Source of the DNA: an uncultured delta proteobacterium
GTDB lineage: Bacteria > Myxococcota_A > UBA9160 > SMWR01
Direction: 5' to 3'
Length of the DNA: 64,000 nt
NCBI GenBank assembly: GCA_963832165.1
Contig: CAWHTE010000004.1
Span: 576,001 to 640,000, forward strand
Below, piece after piece: positions 18,437 to 30,277 of this stretch. The position numbers and the translations under genes were made by a program. The notes under the pieces were generated by a model, which was not told the DNA's origin, did not search any database, and worked only from the letters and a program-made list of their open reading frames with translations. The first letter of the stretch is position 1. Every line of letters begins with the position of its first letter.

Positions 18437-19438
18437 GTGCCCTTCTTCGAGCTGATCAAACCCAACACGCGCATCGATTTCGTCGGGCAGACGAAGTACG
18501 CGATCGCGCTCTCGCTGCTGATCGTGGCGGCCGCCGTGGCAGCGATGTTCGTGCGCGAGCCCCCGGTGCGCCTGGGGATCGACTTCACCGGCGGCCTCGA
18601 GATGCAGGTCAGCTTCACGGAGGGCGCCGCCGTCGACGAGGCCCGGATCCGCGAGGTGCTCGCCGGCTTCGATCTCGCGGATGCCGAAGTGATTCGCGTC
18701 GGCGAAGGCTCCGAGGGCGACTACCTGGTGCGCATGCACACGCGCTCGCTGGGCGACCAGAACGAGATGGTCGATCAGCTGCGCGAGGCGTTCGTGCAGC
18801 AGCTCGGCGGGATCGACTTGAAGAAGGAGAAGATCGGCTTCGTGGGTCCGAAAGTCGGCGAGGACCTGCGTCGCGACGGGATCGTCTCGCTGACGGTCGC
18901 GAGCCTGCTGCTCTTGATCTACATCGGCATCCGCTTCACGCCGATCTTCGCACCGGGCGCGATCGTGGCGCAGGTCCACGACGTCATCGTCACGGCGGCC
19001 CTGCTCGTGATCTTGGGCTGCGAGTTCGATCTCACCGTGCTCGGCGCGCTGCTCGCGATCCTCGGCTACAGCATCAACGACAAGATCGTCGTCTACGACC
19101 GCATTCGCGAGAACCTGGCGCTCCACACCGCCTACGACTTCCCGAACATGGTCAACGACAGCCTGAACCAGACGCTGTCGCGGACCATCCTCACCGGTGG
19201 CACCGCGATCTTCTCGTCGTTCGCGCTGTATTTCTGGGGCGGGCCCGTGATCGCGACCTTCGGGCTCGCGATGGCGCTCGGGATCATCGTCGGCACGTAT
19301 TCGTCGCTCTACATCACGACGCCGATCCTGCTCTGGCTGCACAAGCGCTACGGCAAGCAGATCGCCGCGTCTGGATCGGGAAAGAAGGGCGGCAAGCGCG
19401 GCCCCGAGGGCGACCGGCGCGCGGGGCGCGTCGCCTAG
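18437..19438 (+). CDS. secF: Protein translocase subunit SecF
   Basis: LGIDFTGG, VGPKVGEDL, GYSINDKIVVYDRIREN, GTYSSLYI. Confidence 0.97.
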   Translation: MPFFELIKPNTRIDFVGQTKYAIALSLLIVAAAVAAMFVREPPVRLGIDFTGGLEMQVSFTEGAAVDEARIREVLAGFDLADAEVIRVGEGSEGDYLVRMHTRSLGDQNEMVDQLREAFVQQLGGIDLKKEKIGFVGPKVGEDLRRDGIVSLTVASLLLLIYIGIRFTPIFAPGAIVAQVHDVIVTAALLVILGCEFDLTVLGALLAILGYSINDKIVVYDRIRENLALHTAYDFPNMVNDSLNQTLSRTILTGGTAIFSSFALYFWGGPVIATFGLAMALGIIVGTYSSLYITTPILLWLHKRYGKQIAASGSGKKGGKRGPEGDRRAGRVA

Positions 19439-19466
19439 CGCAGTGCCTTTCATGCCATAATGCGGC

Positions 19467-20552
19467 ATGAGGCCTCGGCCGTTGGCCGGTCGGTGGGGTT
19501 GCGCGCTGGCGATCGGGCTCGCGGCGCTGCTCTCATCGGGCGCATCCGCCGCGCCCTGCGCGGACGATGACTTCGCGGGAACGCTGGGCTGTAGTTCGGG
19601 CGATGTGGTGCTGAGCGAGCTCTCGGTGACGTCGATCGTCGACGGCTGCGACTACATCGGGGACACCGCGAACCTCACGGTGCGCGCGCAGATCACGACC
19701 ATCGCCGCGACCCGTTACGACATCGGCATCTACCTCGCGGTCGATGGCGGCCATGCGCTCGTGGGCGCGTGTCACCACGACTACCTGCCGGCGCCCCCCT
19801 TCTTCAGCGCGGAGAGTGCCGGCGATGTGTGTGGCGACACCACTTCGATCGCGTCTCCCGTTCTGGCCGACCTCGGTTCTCCGATCACCATCCCCTGCAC
19901 CGATGCCGATCAGGACGGTGCGGCCGAGGTCCGCGGGCTGTTGAGCTGGGACAACAACGCTTCGAACGGCACCAGCGTGCCGCACTGCCTGGGCCTCGCC
20001 GATGCGATCCCGCACAGCGCGATCAGGTGCAGTCCGTCGGGTCTGCACAACATCGTGGGCCTGCCGGTCCCGACGCAATCGATCGAAGTACGCAAGGAAG
20101 TGGTCGACGGCGATCCCGCGGACCAGTTCGCGCTGCAGATCGACGGGGAGACGCACGCGATCACGACGCAGTTCGGGACGACGGGGCCCATTCCTGTGTC
20201 CGGTGCGGTCTCCCACACCGTCGCGGAGCTCGCCGGCGACGAAGAGACGGATCTCGCCGACTACGATTCCGCGATCGAGTGCCTCGACCTGGTCGGCACC
20301 TGCACGGACGATCTCATCACGCGGTGTGTCGCCGACGCGATGTGCACCACTGGCGTCTGCGATCTCGGGCCGTTCCTCGTGGCGAGCTGCAGCGACTGCA
20401 CGTCGCTGAACGTCGCCGTGCCAAACGCTCAGTCGACGATCCAGTGCACGATCACGAACTCACCCGAGCCGGGCCGGCTCGCGATGCTCGTCGCGGGCGC
20501 GGCTTCGGTGTGGCTGCTGGCGCGGCGGCGGAGACCCGTCCGCGGGAGCTAG
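19467..20552 (+). CDS. Cys-rich exported protein with PEP-CTERM-like sorting signal
   Basis: Signal peptide; many Cys, acidic; C-terminus SPEPGRLAMLVAGAASVWLLARRRR. Confidence 0.78.
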   Translation: MRPRPLAGRWGCALAIGLAALLSSGASAAPCADDDFAGTLGCSSGDVVLSELSVTSIVDGCDYIGDTANLTVRAQITTIAATRYDIGIYLAVDGGHALVGACHHDYLPAPPFFSAESAGDVCGDTTSIASPVLADLGSPITIPCTDADQDGAAEVRGLLSWDNNASNGTSVPHCLGLADAIPHSAIRCSPSGLHNIVGLPVPTQSIEVRKEVVDGDPADQFALQIDGETHAITTQFGTTGPIPVSGAVSHTVAELAGDEETDLADYDSAIECLDLVGTCTDDLITRCVADAMCTTGVCDLGPFLVASCSDCTSLNVAVPNAQSTIQCTITNSPEPGRLAMLVAGAASVWLLARRRRPVRGS

Positions 20553-21061
20553 GCGCCAGCGGTACCCGTGAGGCGGCGCGTCTCGGCCTGCGACGGCGCA
20601 TGCGCGGCTGCACCGGCCTTCGACGTCATCTGGATCGAGCCGTTCACGACCGCGCCCTCGGCGACGATCAGCCGCGGCGCGATAACGTCGCCCTCGACGA
20701 TGCCGGTGGCCTGGATCTCGACGCGCTCCGTGCCGCGCACGTTGCCGGACACGCGCCCGATCACCACGACGGACTTCGCCTGGACTTCGGCCTTGATCGA
20801 GCCGTTCGCGCCGATCGTGAGCTGGCTGTTGGGCAGTGTGACCTTGCCCTCCACCTTGCCCTCGATCACGAGGTCTTCTTCGCCCGTCAGATCGCCCGAG
20901 ATCGTGATCGACTTGCCGATATTCGCCATGTCTGCCTTTCCCTCACGTTCCCGGTACTGCACCGGGGTCGACGCGGGCTCGAAGCGCTGCGCCGCTGTGG
21001 ATGAACCGTTGAACGCGTCCACCGCGCTCTCCCGCTCGTCCTTCTTCCCGAACAAACTCAC
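20549..21061 (-). CDS. Bactofilin (polymer-forming cytoskeletal protein)
   Basis: IGKSITISGDLTGEEDLVIEGKVEG...GRVSGNV...VEGDVIAPRLIVAEGAVVNGSI. Confidence 0.93.
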   Translation of the reverse strand: MSLFGKKDERESAVDAFNGSSTAAQRFEPASTPVQYREREGKADMANIGKSITISGDLTGEEDLVIEGKVEGKVTLPNSQLTIGANGSIKAEVQAKSVVVIGRVSGNVRGTERVEIQATGIVEGDVIAPRLIVAEGAVVNGSIQMTSKAGAAAHAPSQAETRRLTGTAGA

Positions 21062-21094
21062 TTCACGTCGCTCCAGTGGGGGTGCGGGGGCAGC

Positions 21095-22900
21095 TTACCG
21101 CAGGGTTTCGACCTCAGCGATGTTGATATTGCGGTTGCGCAGGAGCGTGCCCTGGGCTCGGTCGAGCGCCGTCACGGAGGTGCGATAGGCCCGGAACGCG
21201 CCGATCTCGTCGCGCTCGCGCGCCACGAGCGCCTCCTCGCGCTGCAACACGTCGAACGGCGTCGATTCACCGTACTCGAGGCGGATCTGCTCGGCGCGCA
21301 GCTGCTCCGACGCCGCTTCGCGCGCGCTGCGCGCGGCCAGGATCCCCTCCTGGGACGCCTTGAGGTTGCGCGCGGCCTGCCGCACCTCGATCACGATCTG
21401 CTGCTCGAGCCGGTGCACGCTCGTGCGCGCGCGCAGCAGCTCGAGCTCGCTCCTCGACGCGTTCGCGCGCGCGGTGCGGTTCGGGAACGGGATGCTCACG
21501 CGCGCGCCCGCGATGTACTGCGGATAGTCCTCGTAGTCGTCGACGCTGTCGTCGAAATCGCCCGGGAAGCGGTTCGAAGGCGGGTTCAGCGCGCAGGCGA
21601 TCGGGTCCGCCGCGAAACGGCACGCGGTCGTCGCATTCTGCTCTCCGGCGAGACCGGTCTGGCCGAAGCGGAAGACGCCATCGAGCGCGGGCAGCCGTTG
21701 ATTCCGCGTGAACGCGAGCTGGACCTCCGAGCGCTGGAGCTCCTTGTCGGCGGCCGACAGCTCGGGGCGATGCTCGAACGCGCTGCTCACGGCCCCCTCC
21801 ACGTCGACCTCGTAGGGCGTGAAGTCGTCGGGGCGATCGGTGGGCCGGATCTCGAGCGTGGAGCTCGCGCGCAGGTTGGGGCCGAGCACGAGGTCGATCA
21901 GCACGTCCTGCTGATTGCGGTACTGATTCTCCGCGCGGATGAGCTCGACCTGGCGCTGGGAGACACCGGCCTCGGCCTCGGTGACCTCTACCTTGGAGAC
22001 CACACCCACCTCGAACTGCGTCTTGGTCTGCTCGCGCAGCACGTCCGCCGTCTCGAGGCTCTTCTTCGCGACGCGCAGCGCCTCCTCGTTGGCGATCAGG
22101 TTCCAGTAGGCGTCCTCGATCTTCTGCACCTCGTCCATCACCGCGCGGTGGAAGTCGTCTTCACTCGATCCGTGCAGCAGCCGGGCGCTGCGCACGCGGG
22201 TCCAGGGCTCGTTCCAGATCAGATTGCGGAGCACGGGCTGCGTGACGGCCACCGACCAGCCCGAGTCGTATCGGGGCGAGAGCGTCTCCGCGAGGGAGTT
22301 CGTGACGGAGCGGCCTCCGTCGAACTGGGCGGAGAACTGGGTGCTCGTGATCGGCAGGACTCCGCGCAGCCCGCCGAACCCTTCGGTGGAGCGATTCACA
22401 TTCGTCGTCACGCCCGTGATCGCGAAGCTGTTCGGGGTCCTCGTGTCGTTGTAGGTGAGCTCCGCGAACAGCTCGGGGTCGTACACGCCCCACGCGGCCG
22501 TGAGGTCGAGGTCGGCGATCATGGGCGAATAGCGCTCGATCTGGACGTCGAGGTTGTTCTCGAGCCCCATGCGAACGGCGTCGTGGAGTGTGAGCTCGAG
22601 CGTGCCGTGGAGCAGCGGCGCGGGCGCTTCCGCTTCGGGCTGCGCCGCTGCCTCGGGCGGCGGTGCGACGGCCTCGGGCTCGAGGGCCGGCTCGGCGGCC
22701 GGCTCTTCGACCGGCGGCGCCGCGGGCTCCTCGACGGGCTCTGCGGCGGGCTCTTCCGCCGGCTCCGCGATCGGCTGCTGAGCGCGATACAGGCCCTCGG
22801 GCGACTGCTCGGCCGGTGCGACGGGCTCTTCGCCGCGGGCGATCGGAGCGAGCGCGAGCGCGGCGAGCAGGGCGACGAGCCACGGCCTACGAACGGACAT
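21095..22900 (-). CDS. TolC-family outer membrane efflux protein with Pro/Glu/Ala-rich N-terminal linker
   Basis: Signal peptide; LTLHDAVRMGLENNLD, AYWNL, FEVGVVSKVEV, RPEL, GESTPFDVLQ. Confidence 0.88.
   Translation of the reverse strand: MSVRRPWLVALLAALALAPIARGEEPVAPAEQSPEGLYRAQQPIAEPAEEPAAEPVEEPAAPPVEEPAAEPALEPEAVAPPPEAAAQPEAEAPAPLLHGTLELTLHDAVRMGLENNLDVQIERYSPMIADLDLTAAWGVYDPELFAELTYNDTRTPNSFAITGVTTNVNRSTEGFGGLRGVLPITSTQFSAQFDGGRSVTNSLAETLSPRYDSGWSVAVTQPVLRNLIWNEPWTRVRSARLLHGSSEDDFHRAVMDEVQKIEDAYWNLIANEEALRVAKKSLETADVLREQTKTQFEVGVVSKVEVTEAEAGVSQRQVELIRAENQYRNQQDVLIDLVLGPNLRASSTLEIRPTDRPDDFTPYEVDVEGAVSSAFEHRPELSAADKELQRSEVQLAFTRNQRLPALDGVFRFGQTGLAGEQNATTACRFAADPIACALNPPSNRFPGDFDDSVDDYEDYPQYIAGARVSIPFPNRTARANASRSELELLRARTSVHRLEQQIVIEVRQAARNLKASQEGILAARSAREAASEQLRAEQIRLEYGESTPFDVLQREEALVARERDEIGAFRAYRTSVTALDRAQGTLLRNRNINIAEVETLR
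22676..22765 (-). repeat. Intragenic imperfect tandem repeat (EEPAAxPx units)
   Basis: AEPAEEPAAEPVEEPAAPPVEEPAAEPALEP, roughly 24-nt period. Confidence 0.7.
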
Positions 22901-23002
22901 GCGGAGGATCCTCCGTGGGCGCAACGGGTGCCCGACTCTACCAATCGATTCGCGTGCGGAGAAGCGCCTCAGGTCGATAGTTTGCTTGGCTATCTTGGCC
23001 CC

Positions 23003-23671
23003 ATGCGCGTAGCGGCGATCGTGGTGGCGGCGGGGCGCGGCGAGCGGCTCGGGCACGCGCTGCCCAAGGCGTTGGTGCCGCTGCGCGGCCGCACGCTGCT
23101 CGGGCACGCGGTGGCCGCGCTCGCGGCCAGCGATCGTGTGGACGCGGTGCTTCCGGTGCTGCCGCCCGGGATGGAAGCGCCGCGCGACGCGGCGCACGCG
23201 AAGCTGCTCGCGGCCGTCGCCGGCGGCGAGCGGCGCCAGGACTCGGTCGCCGCGGGGCTGGCCGCGTTGCCCGATGGCGTCGAATGGGTGGCTGTGCACG
23301 ACGCCGCGCGCGCGCTGGTGCGAACCGACGCCGTGACGCGTGTGATCGACGCGGCGATCCGCCACGGCGCCGCGCTGCTCGTGGTTCCCGCGCGCGACAC
23401 CGTCAAGCGCGTGCGCGCGGGAGTCGTCGTGGAGACCCCACCCCGCGAGGAGTGCTTCGCTGCGCAGACACCCCAGGTGTTCCGGGTCGGACTGCTGCGC
23501 GAGGCGCTCGAGAAGGCGCGCGCGGAGGGCCGCACCGCGACCGACTGTGCGCAGCTGGTCGAGGCGCTCGGCGTGCGCGTGCACGTGGTGCCGGGCGACT
23601 CCGACAACTGGAAGATCACCGATTCCGACGACCTCGCGGCCGCGGAGCGCGTGCTGGAGGCGCGGAGATGA
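23003..23671 (+). CDS. ispD: 2-C-methyl-D-erythritol 4-phosphate cytidylyltransferase
   Basis: AAGRGERLG...[29 protein letters not shown]. Confidence 0.95.
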   Translation: MRVAAIVVAAGRGERLGHALPKALVPLRGRTLLGHAVAALAASDRVDAVLPVLPPGMEAPRDAAHAKLLAAVAGGERRQDSVAAGLAALPDGVEWVAVHDAARALVRTDAVTRVIDAAIRHGAALLVVPARDTVKRVRAGVVVETPPREECFAAQTPQVFRVGLLREALEKARAEGRTATDCAQLVEALGVRVHVVPGDSDNWKITDSDDLAAAERVLEARR

Positions 23672-24149
23672 TCGGCATGCGGATCGGACACGGCTTCGAT
23701 ACCCACGCGCTCGTGGCCGACCGGCCGCTCGTGCTCGGGGGGATCGCGATCCCGCACGAGCGAGGCCTCGAAGGCCACTCCGACGGCGACGTGCTGCTGC
23801 ACGCGGTCACGAGTGCGCTGCTCGGCGCGATGGGCGAGGGGGACCTCGGCATGCACTTCCCGTCGAGCGATCCTTCGCTGCGCGGGATCGCGAGCCGCGA
23901 GCTCGTCGCGCGCGCGGCGACGCTCATGCGCGAGCACAAGCTCGTGCTCGGGAACCTCGATGCCACGCTCGTGGCGCAGGTGCCGCGCCTCGCGCCGCAC
24001 CTGCCCGAGATGCGCGCCGTGATCGCCGACCTGCTCGACACCGACGCCGAGCGCGTGAACGTGAAGGCCACCAGCACCGATCACCTCGGCCACCTCGGGC
24101 GCGGGGAGGGGATCGCCGCGTTCGCGGTGGTGCTGCTCGAGCCCGCGCG

Positions 24150-24153
<4 letters not shown>
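23668..24153 (+). CDS. ispF: 2-C-methyl-D-erythritol 2,4-cyclodiphosphate synthase
   Basis: [35 protein letters not shown]. Confidence 0.96.
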
Positions 24154-26141
<1,988 letters not shown>

Positions 26142-26145
26142 CGGT

Positions 26146-26317
26146 CTTCCCGGTTGCCCTGGCCGGGCGGATGTTTCGTCGCTCCGGCACGGGCTTCGGC
26201 AGGGCGGCGGAGCTGCGCCGCGTTCGAGCCGAGGTCTGCCGGGAGGTTCGCGCCGCCCGCTCGCCTGCGCCCGTACCTGCGCGACAGATCATCGCGCCCG
26301 GCCCAGTCGTTGGGAGG
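26146..26317. other. Long imperfect rod-like inverted repeat (candidate structured RNA or palindromic element)
   Basis: Six nested complementary segments, e.g. 26161-69/26295-303, 26186-94/26269-77, 26202-09/26251-58. Confidence 0.55.
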
Positions 26318-26347
26318 CAGCGCGTTTCGATCGGATAGGCTTTCGCC

Positions 26348-28216
26348 ATGTCTCTCGCCGACCGGGCCGACCGGCTGCCGACGACGCCGGGCGTGTATCT
26401 GTTCAAGAACGCGCGCGGTGGAGTGCTCTACGTGGGCAAGGCGCAGAATCTGCGCAGCCGCGTGAAGCAGTACGTGCTCGGCGGCGACGGGCGCGTCTCG
26501 ATGCCGGCGCTGCTCGAGCGCGCGCACGACGTCGACGTGGTGGTGACGCCGAGCGTGAAGGACGCGCTCCTGCTCGAGAACGAGCTGATCAAGCGCCACA
26601 AGCCGCCGTTCAACGTGCGGCTGCGGGACGACAAGCAGTACCTGGCGCTGCGGCTCGATCCCCGCGAGACGTGGCCGCGCCTGCGCGAGGTGCGCAAGTT
26701 CGCCGACGACGGCGCCGCCTACTTCGGCCCCTACACCTCGAGCGTCGCGATGCACGAGGCGCTCTCGAACCTGCGACGGATCTTCCCGCTGCGCTCGTGC
26801 AGCGAGGGAACGTTCAAGGACTACGCCCGGCGAGGCCGGCCCTGTATCGAGTTCGAGATGAAGCGCTGTCTCGCGCCGTGCTGCGGGCGCGTCGACGAGC
26901 CGACCTACGCCGATCTCGTGAGCGGCACCGCGATGTTCCTGCGCGGAAAGTCGACCGAGCTCGTGAACGGGCTGCGCGGGCGCATGTCCGCTGCGGCCGA
27001 GGCCGAGCGATTCGAGGAGGCCGCGCGGCTGCGCGACCGGATCGATGCGGTCGAGCGCACCGTCGAGCGCCAGCAGATCGTGGGATTGCGGCGCGCCGAC
27101 CGCGACGTGTTCGGGCTCGCGCGCCGCGGCGGCGACGTCGAGGTGCACGTGCTGCACGTGCGCGAGGGGCGCGTGATCGGCGCCCAGGGCTATCCGCTCG
27201 ACGCGGTGGCGCTCGACGACGGCGAGGTGATGAGCTCGTTCCTGGCCCAGTACTACGCGGTGTCCGCGGGGCGGCCGATCCCGGGCGAGATCGTGGCGCC
27301 CGCGACGAGCGAGGACGGCGGCGCGCTCGAGAGCTGGCTCTCGGAGCGCGCGGAGGGGCGCGTCGAGGTGCGCGTGCCGCAGCGCGGCGCGCTGCGCGAT
27401 CTGCTCGCGATGGCGCACAGCAACGCGGAGCTCGGCCTCGCGCATCGCCTCGAGGCGCAGGAGAGCGTGGCGGCGGCGCTCGCGGAGGTCGGCGAGGCGC
27501 TGGGCCTGCCCGCGCCGCCGCGCCGGATCGAGGGCTACGACATCTCCACGCTGCACGGGACGCTCACGGTCGGGAGCCGTGTCGTGTTCGTGGACGGCCT
27601 GCCCGAGAAGAGCGACTACCGGCACTACCGGATCCGCGAGGCGCCGTTCGACGACGACTACGCGTGCCTGCGCGAGGTGATCGGCCGGCGGCTCGCGCGC
27701 GCCGAGCGCGAGCCGCTGCCGGATCTGCTGCTGATCGACGGTGGCAAGGGCCAGCTCGCAGTGGTCCTCGCGGCGCTCTCGGACGCGGGGATCACCGCGC
27801 AGGCGGCGTCGATCGCGAAGGAGAAGGATGAGTTGTCGTCCTCGCCGAGGGTGAAGCGCTCGGGCGGGCTCAAGGCCGAGCGCATCTTCCTGCCGAACCG
27901 CAAAGACCCGATCGCCCTGCCGTCGAGCTCGCGCGCGCTGCTCCTGCTGCAGCGCGTGCGCGACGAGTCGCACCGGTTCGCGATCGAGTTCCAGCGCAAG
28001 CTGCGCTCGAAGCAGAACTTCGCGTCGATCCTCGAGGAGCTGCCCGGGATCGGGCCGACCAAGCGGCGCGCGCTGATCGGCGCGCTCGGCTCCCTGCGCG
28101 CCGTGCGCGAGGCGCCGCCCGAGGCGCTCGCGGGCGTGCCGGGCATCTCGCGCCGCGACGCGCAGACGATCGCGGGCTTCTTCGCCGCGATGGCCCGCCC
28201 GCCCGATTCTTCGTAG
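26348..28216 (+). CDS. uvrC: Excinuclease ABC subunit C
   Basis: PGVYLF...YVGKAQNLRSRV, RIEGYDIS, PDLLLIDGGKGQL, RDESHRFA, HhH GIGP. Confidence 0.97.
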   Translation: MSLADRADRLPTTPGVYLFKNARGGVLYVGKAQNLRSRVKQYVLGGDGRVSMPALLERAHDVDVVVTPSVKDALLLENELIKRHKPPFNVRLRDDKQYLALRLDPRETWPRLREVRKFADDGAAYFGPYTSSVAMHEALSNLRRIFPLRSCSEGTFKDYARRGRPCIEFEMKRCLAPCCGRVDEPTYADLVSGTAMFLRGKSTELVNGLRGRMSAAAEAERFEEAARLRDRIDAVERTVERQQIVGLRRADRDVFGLARRGGDVEVHVLHVREGRVIGAQGYPLDAVALDDGEVMSSFLAQYYAVSAGRPIPGEIVAPATSEDGGALESWLSERAEGRVEVRVPQRGALRDLLAMAHSNAELGLAHRLEAQESVAAALAEVGEALGLPAPPRRIEGYDISTLHGTLTVGSRVVFVDGLPEKSDYRHYRIREAPFDDDYACLREVIGRRLARAEREPLPDLLLIDGGKGQLAVVLAALSDAGITAQAASIAKEKDELSSSPRVKRSGGLKAERIFLPNRKDPIALPSSSRALLLLQRVRDESHRFAIEFQRKLRSKQNFASILEELPGIGPTKRRALIGALGSLRAVREAPPEALAGVPGISRRDAQTIAGFFAAMARPPDSS

Positions 28217-28255
28217 GGCGGGAGAAGCGAGCGCGACGCGCGAGCGGATCCCGCC
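28217..28255 (+). repeat. Hairpin with GA-interrupted stem, related in style to the dispersed repeats
   Basis: GGCGGGA-gaa-GC-GA-GCGC-gac-GCGC-GA-GC-gga-TCCCGCC directly after the uvrC stop. Confidence 0.55.
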
Positions 28256-28286
28256 ACAGCCGCCCCAGCCAAAGAGGAGCTTCCCC

Positions 28287-28937
28287 TTGCTCGACCTCAC
28301 CCCCGACGAGCTGCTCACCACCACGCGCACGGTCCGGAAGCGGCTCGACTTCGACCAGCCGGTGCCGCGCAAGCTGATCGAGGAGTGCCTCGCGATCGCG
28401 TTCCAGGCGCCCAACGGCGGCAACATGAACACCTGGTGCTGGATCGCGGTCGACGACGCTGTGACGATCCGTGAACTCGCGCGCCTGTACAACCAGGGTC
28501 TCGACGACTTCATCGCGACGTTCGGCGAGGCGGGCTATCCGGGCGCGCGCGTGCCGGGTGCCGATCGGATCGAGAGCTCGACCACCCACCTGCGCGAGAA
28601 CCTCCACCGCGCGCCCGTCGTGTTGTTGCCGCTGATCGCGGGCCGCACCGACCAGGGAGCCAACGTGTTCTTCCAGGCCAGTCAGTGGGGCTCGATCGTG
28701 CAGGCGATCTGGAGCTTCATGCTCGCACTGCGCGCACGCGGGCTCGGCAGCGCCTGGACCACGGGGCACCTCTGGCGCGAGCACGAGGTCGCCGAGCTGC
28801 TCGGCATCCCGTACGCGCACTTCATGCAGACGGGTCTGTTCCCGGTCGCCTACACGCTCGGCACGCAGTTCAAGCCCGCTCAGCGCAAGCCGGTGGCCGA
28901 GGTCGTGCGCTGGAACGGCTTCGAGGAGAGGGCGTGA
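28287..28937 (+). CDS. Nitroreductase family protein
   Basis: LLTTTRTVRKRLDF, AFQAPNGGN, FMLALRARGLGSAWTT; GAGGAG RBS. Confidence 0.9.
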   Translation: MLDLTPDELLTTTRTVRKRLDFDQPVPRKLIEECLAIAFQAPNGGNMNTWCWIAVDDAVTIRELARLYNQGLDDFIATFGEAGYPGARVPGADRIESSTTHLRENLHRAPVVLLPLIAGRTDQGANVFFQASQWGSIVQAIWSFMLALRARGLGSAWTTGHLWREHEVAELLGIPYAHFMQTGLFPVAYTLGTQFKPAQRKPVAEVVRWNGFEERA

Positions 28938-29359
28938 TGGGAATGTCGAACAAGGAAGTGGTGCGCACTTTCTTCGCAAGTCTCTGGAGCGACCCCGCGC
29001 TCGCGCGCTCGCTCGCGACCGACGACGTCACCTGGATCACCACGCGTTCGATGCCGATCCCCGGCAACGAGAAGACGATCTTTCACGTGGGATGGGACGC
29101 CGTGAAGAACGTCGCCGACAGCGGCAAGAACCTCGACGTGGGCTACGTCCCCGAGACCATGGAGCGTCCCCACGAGCTCTTCCTCGACGCCGAGGAGGAC
29201 CACGTCATCTACCAGTTCACGATGCGCTGCAAGACCCGGCGCGGACGCGACTACGAAAACGACTACCTCTTCCTCGTGAAGCTCGAAGGCGGGAAGATCC
29301 GCCGCTTCCAGGAGTACTGGGACTCGAAGCAGGCCTTCGAGCTTCTGTTCGGGGGTTAG
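28937..29359 (+). CDS. SnoaL-like/NTF2-fold protein
   Basis: SNKEVVRTFF, DDVTW, GRDYENDYLF...GKIRRFQEYWDS. Confidence 0.85.
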   Translation: MGMSNKEVVRTFFASLWSDPALARSLATDDVTWITTRSMPIPGNEKTIFHVGWDAVKNVADSGKNLDVGYVPETMERPHELFLDAEEDHVIYQFTMRCKTRRGRDYENDYLFLVKLEGGKIRRFQEYWDSKQAFELLFGG

Positions 29360-29366
29360 GCCAAGC

Positions 29367-30128
29367 ATGATCCGAAGACTCGAAGGCAAGGTGGCGGTGG
29401 TCACGGGCGGGGGGTCCGGGATCGGCGCGGCGACCGCGGAGCGGCTCGCGCAGGAGGGCTGTCGCGTGGTGATCGGCGACATCGCGGCGGCGAGCGCCGA
29501 CGCGGCGGCGCAGCGGATCGTCGCGGCCGGCGGCGAGGCGATCGGCGTCGCGTTCGATCAGGGCGACGACGCGGCGGTGGCGGCGCTGATCGCGACGGCG
29601 GTGAGCCGCTTCGGTCAGCTCGACTTTCTGCACGCGAACGCGGCCGACATGTCCGTGATCCTCGAGGACACCGATGTGCTGTCGGTGCCGCTCGCGATCT
29701 ACGACCGCACGATGGCGGTCAATCAGCGCGGCTATCTGCTCTGCACGCGCCACGCGTTGCCCCACATCGCCGCGGCGAGAGGCGCGATCGTCTACACGAG
29801 CTCGGCGGCGGCGTTCGCAGGCGAGCCGATGCGCGTGAGCTATGCGATGTCGAAGGCCGCCGTGAACGCGCTGATGCGACACGTCGCGTCGCGCTGGGGA
29901 AAGCAGGGCGTGCGCGCCAACTCGATCGCGCCCGGCTTCGTCTACACCGAACAGAATCGCAAGTCGCTGCCGCCCGAGTTCGAGAAGGGGATGCTCCGGG
30001 GACTGCGCAGCCCCCGGATCGGGGAGGCGCGCGACGTCGCGGCGATGGTTGCGATGCTGTTCTCCGCGGATGGCGAGTGGATCAACGGCCAGGTGCTCAA
30101 CGTCGACGGCGGGTCGATCCTGCGCTGA
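29367..30128 (+). CDS. SDR family oxidoreductase
   Basis: TGGGSGIG, YAMSK, NSIAPG, INGQVLNVDGG. Confidence 0.93.
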   Translation: MIRRLEGKVAVVTGGGSGIGAATAERLAQEGCRVVIGDIAAASADAAAQRIVAAGGEAIGVAFDQGDDAAVAALIATAVSRFGQLDFLHANAADMSVILEDTDVLSVPLAIYDRTMAVNQRGYLLCTRHALPHIAAARGAIVYTSSAAAFAGEPMRVSYAMSKAAVNALMRHVASRWGKQGVRANSIAPGFVYTEQNRKSLPPEFEKGMLRGLRSPRIGEARDVAAMVAMLFSADGEWINGQVLNVDGGSILR

Positions 30129-30277
30129 AGCGGCGACGCGCAGGGAACGGGCACTTCCCGAGATGGGAGACGGAGTTCCACCTCGGCGCCGAGCCGATTC
30201 GGACGCGAATCGAAGACCTTCCGCGAAACCCGAGTGTTTGCGGTGGATTGCGTCGGAGATTGCACTCGCTCGACCGG

